From SAR324 cluster bacterium (GTDB lineage: Bacteria; SAR324; JACQKK01), in NCBI GenBank assembly GCA_027297205.1, contig JAPUIH010000281.1, forward strand, positions 1 to 35,402: a stretch of DNA of 35,402 nucleotides, written 5' to 3'. The notes under the pieces were generated by a model. The model was not told where the DNA came from. It searched no databases and saw only the letters and a list, made by a program, of their open reading frames with translations. Made by a program: the position numbers and the translations under genes. Below, one piece after another: positions 17,949 to 25,322 of the stretch. Every line of letters begins with the position of its first letter. Position 1 is the stretch's first letter.

Positions 17949-19031
17949 ATGGCATTTAAGGAACCGGGAAAATCGCCCTGGGAAAAGAATCCGCAACCGA
18001 ACATTGAGGAATTTCTCAATATTCTGCAGAACAAGTTCAAGCAGAAGATGAACGTCTCCTATGCTTGGTTGATTCCCGCCGCGGTAGTACTGGTGTGGGC
18101 CCTGACCGGCATATACTTTGTCGAGGCGGGCGAGCTGGGGGTTGTCAGGCGCTTCGGGGCCATGCAGCCGGTTTTGGCCCAGCCCGGGCCTCACTACCGC
18201 ATTCCCTGGCCGGTGGACGAGGTGGACGTGGTCAAGGTGGAGCAGATCCGCAGCATGGAGCTGGGCTTCCGCACGGGCCAAAGGGGCAGCTCCGTGGGCC
18301 GCATCATTCCGGTGGAATCCCTGATGATCACCGGGGACGAGAACATGGTCAACATCCAGGTGGTGGTGCTATACCAAATCAGCGATCTACCGGCCTATCT
18401 GTTCAAGGTATGGGACCCCCTGGGCACTCCGGAGGGCCGCACATTGAGGGATGCCGCCGAAACGGCCCTGCGGGGTGTGGTGGGCAGCATGATCATTGAC
18501 GAAGTTCTTACCGTGGGCCGGGCACGCGTGCAGCTGGAAACCAAGGAGCACTTGCAGGAGCTGATGGACCGCTACGAAACAGGCCTGTTAATCACCACCG
18601 TGAAGCTGCAGGCGGTGGACCCCCCGCAGGAAGTGGACGCCGCGTTCAAGGATGTGGTGAGCGCAAAGGAAGACCGGGAACGCATTATTAACGAGGCCAA
18701 GTCCTACCAGGAAGACCTGATCCCCAAGGCCAGGGGCGAAGCGGAGCAGATGCTGCGCGCCGCGGAGGCTTATAGGGAAACGCGCATCAGGGAAGCACAG
18801 GGGGAAAGCGCGCGCTTTCTGTCCATGTTGAAGGAATACCGGCAGGCCAAGGCCGTGACGCGGCAGCGGCTGTATCTGGAAACCATGCAGGAGGTACTGA
18901 GCAAGGTGAACAAAACGGTGATTTCCAGCAAGGTTGGTCAGCGGGCGCTTCCACTATTGCCTTTGTCTCAGGCCGGCGCAATCATCCCCAGGGCGGCGGC
19001 GGGGGCATCCACGCAAGGGGGCCAGCAATGA
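17949..19031 (+). CDS. hflK: FtsH protease modulator HflK
   Basis: TM followed by SPFH domain: GVVRRFG, PGPHYRIPWPV, MITGDEN, PPQEVDAAFKDV, VTRQRLYLETM. Confidence 0.95.
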   Translation: MAFKEPGKSPWEKNPQPNIEEFLNILQNKFKQKMNVSYAWLIPAAVVLVWALTGIYFVEAGELGVVRRFGAMQPVLAQPGPHYRIPWPVDEVDVVKVEQIRSMELGFRTGQRGSSVGRIIPVESLMITGDENMVNIQVVVLYQISDLPAYLFKVWDPLGTPEGRTLRDAAETALRGVVGSMIIDEVLTVGRARVQLETKEHLQELMDRYETGLLITTVKLQAVDPPQEVDAAFKDVVSAKEDRERIINEAKSYQEDLIPKARGEAEQMLRAAEAYRETRIREAQGESARFLSMLKEYRQAKAVTRQRLYLETMQEVLSKVNKTVISSKVGQRALPLLPLSQAGAIIPRAAAGASTQGGQQ

Positions 19032-19891
19032 AAAAAATAATAATTGCCGCGCCCCTGATTTTTCTGGCGCTCCTGATTTCTCAAGCTGTCTTTATTGTGG
19101 ATGAAACCAAACAGGTCATCCTGCTTCAGTTCGGCGCCTATGTCCGAACCGTGAAAGAGCCCGGACTGAATTGGATGATTCCCTTCGTGCAGGCCGTGAC
19201 AGAGTATGAAAAACGGCTGCTGCGCTACGACGCGGCGCCGGCGGAGTTCCTGACCCGGGACAAGAAGGCGCTGGTGGTCGATTCCTACGCCCGGTACAGA
19301 ATCAGCAATCCCAGGAAGTTTTTCGAAACCGTCCGCGATCTGCCGCGGGCCAACGCCAGGATCGATGCGATCATCGCATCGGTATTGCGGGAAACGGTGG
19401 CTTCCCACGATCAGTCGGATATTATCACGGAAAAGCGTGAGCCGATCATGGAAGAGGTGGGACAGGAAGTGCGGAAAAAATCCAGGGAATTCGGCGTGGA
19501 AGTCATAGACGTGCGCATCAAACGCACCGACTTCCCCAGGGAAATCGCGGAAAGCATACATGCCCGCATGCGCGCCGAGCGGAACCGCATCAGCAAGCGC
19601 TTCCGTTCCGAGGGGGCCGAGGAAGAGCTGAAAATCAAGGGCGAAACCGACAAGCAGCGGGCCATCATCATCGCCGAGGCCAAGAAGCAGAGCGAGATTT
19701 TGCGGGGCGAGGGCGACGCGGTGGCGATCCGCATTTTCGCCGATGCGCTGCGCCAGGACCCCGAGTTCTACGCGTTTCTGCGCAGCCTGCAGACTTACCG
19801 GGAGTCCATGGACGAGAATACGAGCGTGATTCTTACGACGGATTCGCCCCTCTTCCGGTACCTGGAAGGACCGGGCAGGCCCAAGCGCTGA
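19028..19891 (+). CDS. hflC: FtsH protease modulator HflC
   Basis: FIVDETKQ, LTRDKK, DVRIKR, RMRAER, RGEGDA, DPEFYAFLRSL; ATGA overlap with hflK. Confidence 0.95.
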   Translation: MKKIIIAAPLIFLALLISQAVFIVDETKQVILLQFGAYVRTVKEPGLNWMIPFVQAVTEYEKRLLRYDAAPAEFLTRDKKALVVDSYARYRISNPRKFFETVRDLPRANARIDAIIASVLRETVASHDQSDIITEKREPIMEEVGQEVRKKSREFGVEVIDVRIKRTDFPREIAESIHARMRAERNRISKRFRSEGAEEELKIKGETDKQRAIIIAEAKKQSEILRGEGDAVAIRIFADALRQDPEFYAFLRSLQTYRESMDENTSVILTTDSPLFRYLEGPGRPKR

Positions 19892-20066
19892 GGACTGAGC
19901 TGCGTACCCATAGACGAATGATCAGGTTCTGCGTATTTATTTATGTGTGGATGGACATTTCAAGTGAGGAATTCTCCGGTTATCCGTACCCGAGCGGGCG
20001 TTGCCGGCCGGGTTCGCGGCGATCAAAAAATTGCGTGATTTCAATATCCTATAACCAGAGTCAGCA

Positions 20067-20408
20067 ATGATTTTTTCTCATCGCACGGAAGATAATATTT
20101 GCATCATTTCGATCGAAGGCAATATAGCCCTTGATGGGGTGGGCGAGGCCAAGGCCTTCCTTAAGCCCCACATTGAAAGCGGGGATATCAAGGGAATCGT
20201 TATGAATTTCGAGAAGGTAAACTTCATTGACTCCTCCGGGATCGGGCTGATCGTATCCGTCTTCAAAACCATGCAGGAGAAGCAGGGTCAATTCGCGATC
20301 ACCAATCTCAGCAAGAAAAACGAGGAGATTTTCACCATTACCCGCTTGAACAAAATCCTCAGCATTCACGACAGCGAAGAGGCGGCACTCGCGCAAATGA
20401 AGGGTTGA
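20067..20408 (+). CDS. STAS-domain anti-sigma-factor antagonist (SpoIIAA/RsbV-like)
   Basis: VNFIDSSGIGLIV containing the phosphoacceptor Ser; IFTITRL...IHDSEEAAL. Confidence 0.92.
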   Translation: MIFSHRTEDNICIISIEGNIALDGVGEAKAFLKPHIESGDIKGIVMNFEKVNFIDSSGIGLIVSVFKTMQEKQGQFAITNLSKKNEEIFTITRLNKILSIHDSEEAALAQMKG

Positions 20409-20417
20409 GCAGCCTCC

Positions 20418-20459
20418 CCCGCTTCCCCAGGGAAGGGCCCCCTTGCCCCAGGAAGCGGG
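20418..20459 (+). terminator. GC-rich stem-loop immediately after the STAS gene
   Basis: CCCGCTTCC (20418-26) pairs with GGAAGCGGG (20451-59), with an inner AAGGG/CCCTT stem; no clear U-tract. Confidence 0.35.
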
Positions 20460-20704
20460 CGCACAAACCCGCCAATGACGGGGCTCTGGCTGCTTTGCGC
20501 TTGCTCGCGCCGGTAGCTGGCAAGAACGGCAGCGGGTCAGGTTGCGCCACCGATAGCGTATGCTCCGAATATCCAGCCTTGGCGCTCTGCACAACCTCTG
20601 TTTTCCCTCTTGCCCCCCGGGGTACCGCGCATATTGCACTCACCGGGACCGCTAAGGCTCGCGGCACAAAAATTTCGCACCTCCGTGGAGGCTCCAATCA
20701 TTTA

Positions 20705-20803
20705 TTGTCATGTTGAGCGTAGCGAAGCATCCGGCGGGGAATCACAACAGACAACAATCCATTGCGTAACAGGGAAGATTCCCCGCTATGCTCGGCATGA
20801 CAA
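20705..20803. repeat. REP/MITE-like palindromic element with 20-bp terminal inverted repeats
   Basis: Left arm TTGTCATGTTGAGCGTAGCG and right arm CGCTATGCTCGGCATGACAA match at 17/20, and all three mismatches are G-T wobbles. It resembles widespread TGTCAT..GAGC..AGCGAAG / CTTCGCT..GCTC..ATGACA intergenic repeats. Confidence 0.75.
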
Positions 20804-20870
20804 GCCAAACCGATTCGTTGACCGAGGATCGCTTGGGCGGCGCAGTCCTGGGGGAATGAAGGAAAGATAA

Positions 20871-21057
20871 GGAAGGACACCCCGCCTGTGCCGTTTTGCC
20901 GGGATTCTTGAACCTGCTTGCGCAGGTGGGAGTTGGTATGAGGACTAAGGCTTCCCAATCAAGTCAGGCTTGCACACTGTCCTCAGGGACTGGCCCCCTC
21001 AAGAAATTAAGGCTCGAAGAATTTTCCGGCTAGTCGAACACTGCAGCAGTGTCTTCC
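20871..21057 (-). ncRNA. ssrS: 6S RNA
   Basis: Directly downstream of zapA (conserved synteny); about 187 nt; contains GGGCCAGUCCCUGAG, GAAGCCUUA, CACCU..GGUUCAAG and CGGCA blocks as in E. coli 6S. Ends pair in a long closing stem (GGAAGACAC/GUGUCCUUCC, GCCGG/CCGGC, AUUCUU/AAGAAU, GAGCCU/AGGUUC). Confidence 0.88.
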
Positions 21058-21392
21058 CTATTCGGAGGCTCCTGGGCGCCGGGCTCGTCGGGAATGACGG
21101 TTTCCAGCCGCCCCAGGATAGTTCTTAATTGCCGATCTCTTTGGTACGGGGCAAGGCTGATCTCCGCTTCCAAGGAAACGAGTTGATCCGCAAGGTTAAG
21201 CGCGGTCAGGAAGGCCAAATTCATCGAGTTGCTTTTCTCGCTACGGTTTTGCAACTCCGTGATGGTTTCCCCGATCCGGCGCTCCACATCCCTGATGTGG
21301 GCTTCTCCGCGCCGGCTGGCAATATTGAATTGCCGTCCCGCAATTGTAATGTCGTACCAGGAGACCGTTGACTCTTCGGCGTATTCGGTCAC
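21030..21392 (-). CDS. zapA: Cell division protein ZapA
   Basis: DITIAGRQFNI...HIRDVERRI...LAFLTALNLADQL plus C-terminal coiled coil; GTG start at 21392 after AGGAAAGG; followed by 6S RNA. Confidence 0.85.
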   Translation of the reverse strand: MTEYAEESTVSWYDITIAGRQFNIASRRGEAHIRDVERRIGETITELQNRSEKSNSMNLAFLTALNLADQLVSLEAEISLAPYQRDRQLRTILGRLETVIPDEPGAQEPPNREDTAAVFD

Positions 21393-21582
21393 GGCTGTAC
21401 CCTTTCCTTGGGTTAACATACGCGCCATCCCAGCGCCAAAAAAGGCTAGCACTAAGCTGGATGATTTGCAATTTCAGGCGGTATCCAGGGCAAGCGCACG
21501 GTTGTCTTCGCCGTGGATTCGCGCATAATATCGAAGTTTATTTTGCAGGGCTCGCACAACATTAAATCAGGAAATACGATCC

Positions 21583-22644
21583 GTGATCATTCAGTACAAC
21601 ACAGGCATATCAGACGAGGAACACCAGAGTGTTTTGGCCAAGCTGAAAGTTTGGGGCTTTCGCGTTCAGCCTAACCCGGGCAGCGAGGGCACCACGCCGG
21701 AAACGCATATCCAGGTGGACAATGTGTTCGGCCCGGTGACTGACCTGCATCGGCGCGAGATCAGCAATTTTGACTGCGTCAGGCAGGTCATCGCCATCGA
21801 GGGCGTTCCGCAAAACCTGGCCCTGCTCCGGCACGGAAAACACCAGGCGGTGACGCTGCCCAATCCCCATGGGGCCAAGCCGGTGCACATTGGAGGGGAT
21901 TACCCCCTGACTGTAATGGCCGGCGTGTGCGCCGTAGACAAGGTGCATACCCTGGCATCCCATCAAATGGCCAAGCGGGCCGGCGCGGACATGAACCGTG
22001 GCGGCGCCTTCAAGCCCCGCACCAGCCCCTACGATTTTCAGGGCATGAAGGAAGAAGGACTGCAGGTGCTGTGCGAGGTACGCGAGGAGGTAGGCCTGCC
22101 CATCGTGAGCGAAATCCTCGATGTGCGCGATATTGACCTGTATATGAAGTACGATGTGGATCTGCTGCAGATCGGTACTAGAAACGCCCAGAATTTTGAG
22201 CTGCTGATCGAGGCGGGCAAAAGCGGCAAGCCCGTTATGTACAAACGTGGCTTTTCCAACTCCATCGATGAATCCCTCAAGGCGGCGAACTACATCATGG
22301 AGCAGGGCAATGAAAATCTCATATTCTGCCTGAGAGGCGTGAAAGGGATTGGTCACAGCTTTCGCAACCAGGGCGATCTGGACGAAATCGTGGCGCTCTC
22401 GCAGGTTATGGCGCGTCCCATCGTCTACGACGTGTCCCATTCCTCGGGCAAGAAATCGGCGGTATCCGGGATCGGCAATATGGCCGCCGCGGGCGGAGTG
22501 GACGGTATTCTGCTGGATGTGCATGTGGCCCCGCAGGAAGCGTTGGTGGATGGCTTCCAGGCCATCGACTCCGAGGAAGAACTGGCGGGAATGATATCCA
22601 CCTGGCGCAAGCTCAGGGATTTGGCCCGCGGCTCGGCGCGGTAG
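21583..22644 (+). CDS. aroF: Type I-beta DAHP synthase with N-terminal regulatory (ACT/ferredoxin-like) extension
   Basis: RGGAFKPRTSPYDFQG, LQIGTRNAQNF, KPVMYKRG, DVSHSSG, ALVDGFQAI. Confidence 0.88.
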   Translation: MIIQYNTGISDEEHQSVLAKLKVWGFRVQPNPGSEGTTPETHIQVDNVFGPVTDLHRREISNFDCVRQVIAIEGVPQNLALLRHGKHQAVTLPNPHGAKPVHIGGDYPLTVMAGVCAVDKVHTLASHQMAKRAGADMNRGGAFKPRTSPYDFQGMKEEGLQVLCEVREEVGLPIVSEILDVRDIDLYMKYDVDLLQIGTRNAQNFELLIEAGKSGKPVMYKRGFSNSIDESLKAANYIMEQGNENLIFCLRGVKGIGHSFRNQGDLDEIVALSQVMARPIVYDVSHSSGKKSAVSGIGNMAAAGGVDGILLDVHVAPQEALVDGFQAIDSEEELAGMISTWRKLRDLARGSAR

Positions 22645-22712
22645 CCACCTGCCATGGGGCGGCAAACCACAATGGTGCGGAATGGGCTCCGGCCCCTCCG
22701 CCGGGAGCGGTG

Positions 22713-23525
22713 ATGAAAGGCTGGATTTACACGCACGACCTGGATCCCATCCTGTTCACCCTGGGACCTCTCTCGGTGGGCTGGTACGGGCTCATGTACG
22801 GTCTCAGCTTCCTGCTCGGCTATTGGATCCTGGTGCGGCAGGCCCGCAAGTACGGTGGGCCCGTATCGGCGGAAGACCACAGCCTGCTCATGACCTACAT
22901 CATCCTTGGTGTGGTGATCGGCGGTCGCCTGGGTTGGGTCATTTTTTATGGCGGTCTGCCTTACCTGTACGAACCCCTGCGTATCTTCCAAGTATGGAAG
23001 GGCGGAATGTCCTTCCACGGCGGTATGTTGGGGGTGGCCACGGCCTGGTGGCTGTTTGCCCGGCGCCACAATATTCACATCGTGACCCTGTCCGATCTGG
23101 TGAGCCCCGTCATTCCCCTGGGATTGATGCTGGGCCGCATCGGCAACTTCATCAATGGGGAGCTTTACGGCAAACCCACGGATGGCAGTTGGGGCGTCAT
23201 TTTTCCGGGCGATGCGGAGGGCCTGCCGCGCCACCCCACGCAGTTGTATGAGGCCTTCGGCGAAGGGCTGCTGCTTTTCGCAGTCTTGCAGATTCTCCGG
23301 CCCTACTTGAAGCGCAAAGGCCTCACCACCGCCTTGTTTCTCGTTGGCTACGGCGTGGCCAGAGCTCTGGTGGAATTTGTGCGCCTGCCCGACCGGGACA
23401 TCGGCTACCTGTGGAAATTCGTCACCATGGGCCAAGCGCTGAGCCTGCCCATGATCCTGATCGGCGGCGCCTGGGCGTTGATCGTACTGATGCGCCCGCA
23501 ACCCCAATCCAGCGATAGCGCCTAG
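22713..23525 (+). CDS. lgt: Prolipoprotein diacylglyceryl transferase
   Basis: WYGLMY, GGRLG, WKGGMSFHGG, GRIGNFINGELYG, PRHPTQLYE, EFVRLPD, TMGQALSLPM. Confidence 0.97.
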   Translation: MKGWIYTHDLDPILFTLGPLSVGWYGLMYGLSFLLGYWILVRQARKYGGPVSAEDHSLLMTYIILGVVIGGRLGWVIFYGGLPYLYEPLRIFQVWKGGMSFHGGMLGVATAWWLFARRHNIHIVTLSDLVSPVIPLGLMLGRIGNFINGELYGKPTDGSWGVIFPGDAEGLPRHPTQLYEAFGEGLLLFAVLQILRPYLKRKGLTTALFLVGYGVARALVEFVRLPDRDIGYLWKFVTMGQALSLPMILIGGAWALIVLMRPQPQSSDSA

Positions 23526-23534
23526 CGCCCTCCG

Positions 23535-24575
23535 TCAGGCGCCACCGGTGGAGGCGAGCAACCTCTCCGCATGGCTCAGCACTTCCGAAGGGGCGATCTC
23601 CCATAGACAATTGGTATGCCCGAGCGGGCAGACCTGCTTGTAGCAGGGCGAGCAAGACAGGCCGCGGTACAAGACCTCGGCCCGCGTATTGAGGGGCGCG
23701 GTCCAGGCCGGGTTGGAGGAGCCGAACAGGGCAATCTGGGGACGCCGCAACGCGGCGGCGATGTGCATGGCCCCGGAATCGTTGCTCACCAGCAGCGCCG
23801 CGCGCGCAAGCATCGCCACCAGGCCAGGCAGGTCGGTGTCGCCGCAGAGGTTGAGGCCCCGCGGGCTGCCGGAAAGAATCCGGTCGCCTGCTTCGCGGTC
23901 CTTGGCCAGACCGGTCACCACCACCCGCCGGCCTTGATTCTCCAGGGAGGCGGCCAGTTCACGGTAATGATCCAGCGGCCATTGCTTGGCAGGACCAAAC
24001 TCCGCTCCCGGCGCCAACACCACATAATCCTGCAACTCCGCCACGGCCTGCGGCAGATGCGCATCGCACCACTCTTGCTCCGGTTCGAGCAGGGGAAAGT
24101 ATTCCGTATCTCCGTTGTCCCCCCAGATATCGAGCAGACTCAGGTATTCACGTACGAGGTGCACGGAGCGGTGGGCATGGCGGTAGGGCGGTGCCTGGTT
24201 AAGCAGCCAGCCCCGGCCCCCGCCCGCGTAGCCGATCCGCCGCGGCACGCCGCTGCGAAAGGCCATCCATGCCGAGGACAGGCTGGGCGGAAGCACAAAG
24301 AAGTGAGAATATCCCTGGCCGCGCAAATCCCTGCCGAACTTCCCCGGCGGCTGGGTGGGTTTGTGGTAGGGCAGAATGCGCCCCCGGTGGGGCAGGGGCA
24401 GCACCTCAAAACCCTGGCGCACGATCAAATCCACACTGGCATTGGGGAAGCGTGCCATCAGGGCATGCAGAAAGGCGGTGCTCATTAGGAGGTCGCCCAG
24501 CCAGTTCGGCGTGCGGACAAGAATGGAGCTGGGCTCGCCGCCGGCGGGGTGCGCGGTGGCTGGGCGGGCTGTCAT
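23535..24575 (-). CDS. waaF: LPS heptosyltransferase II (GT9)
   Basis: PNWLGDLLMS, APGAEFGPAKQWP, VSNDSGAMHIAAA, LFGSS, CSPCYKQVCPLGHTNC. Confidence 0.92.
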   Translation of the reverse strand: MTARPATAHPAGGEPSSILVRTPNWLGDLLMSTAFLHALMARFPNASVDLIVRQGFEVLPLPHRGRILPYHKPTQPPGKFGRDLRGQGYSHFFVLPPSLSSAWMAFRSGVPRRIGYAGGGRGWLLNQAPPYRHAHRSVHLVREYLSLLDIWGDNGDTEYFPLLEPEQEWCDAHLPQAVAELQDYVVLAPGAEFGPAKQWPLDHYRELAASLENQGRRVVVTGLAKDREAGDRILSGSPRGLNLCGDTDLPGLVAMLARAALLVSNDSGAMHIAAALRRPQIALFGSSNPAWTAPLNTRAEVLYRGLSCSPCYKQVCPLGHTNCLWEIAPSEVLSHAERLLASTGGA

Positions 24576-24688
24576 TGCGTTTTCACTCCATCCTTCTTAA
24601 CCTGACCGGAACGGTGCGGGGCCAATGCGCTCCGGGTATTTTCCCGGCGCGGGAACACCCGCCCAAGCCCCTGATCCCGGAAGCGGCC

Positions 24689-25294
24689 ATGGTGCGGATA
24701 AACCGAGTGTACACGCGCAAGGGCGACAGCGGCAACACCTCCCTGGTGGGCGGCCGGGCCATCCCCAAAGATCACCTGCGGGTGGAAAGCTACGGCACCG
24801 TGGATGAACTGAACGCATTGCTGGGGATCGTGCGCAGCATCAACAGCGAGAAACCGGTCGACAACCGCAGGGACGGACTGGATAAAATCCTGCAATTGAT
24901 TCAGCAGCGGCTGTTTGACCTGGGGGCGGAATTGGCCACACAGCCCGGTGACGAGTTCAAGGGGCAAGTGCGGGTGGACAAGCAGGACGTGGATTGGCTG
25001 GAGGAAGTGATTGACACCATGAACGAAGAACTGAATCCCCTGGAAAGCTTCGTGCTTCCCGGCGGGGGGCAGCTCAACGCCTTCTTGCACCAAGCCCGAG
25101 TGGTTTGCCGGCGCACGGAGCGCATCGTGGTCACCCTGGGGCGCAAAGAACAGGTGGGCGAGTTCGTGCTGCCCTACTTGAATCGGCTCTCCGATGCCTT
25201 GTTTGTCTTCAGCCGTTGGGTAAGCGCCACCATGGACGAGGCGGAAACACTCTGGCAGCCGGGGTTGGCCTACGACGATTCCTGGCGCTGGTAG
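24689..25294 (+). CDS. PduO-type ATP:cob(I)alamin adenosyltransferase
   Basis: RVYTRKGDSGNTSL, YGTVDELN, QQRLFDLGAELA, FVLPGG, LHQARVVCRRTER, YLNRLSD; start moved to ATG 24689. Confidence 0.93.
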   Translation: MVRINRVYTRKGDSGNTSLVGGRAIPKDHLRVESYGTVDELNALLGIVRSINSEKPVDNRRDGLDKILQLIQQRLFDLGAELATQPGDEFKGQVRVDKQDVDWLEEVIDTMNEELNPLESFVLPGGGQLNAFLHQARVVCRRTERIVVTLGRKEQVGEFVLPYLNRLSDALFVFSRWVSATMDEAETLWQPGLAYDDSWRW

Positions 25295-25322
25295 CGCCAA
25301 ATCATCCCAAGAAACAATCCGG

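Noticed and set aside
20610-20958. Short ORFs 20610-20870 (+) and 20698-20958 (-)
   Set aside because: They are translations of the palindromic repeat and the 6S RNA (CHVERSE and CHAEHS motifs), not real genes.
24269-24688. Apparent N-terminal fusion on the PduO-type adenosyltransferase
   Set aside because: It overlaps waaF antisense; family similarity begins at ATG 24689.
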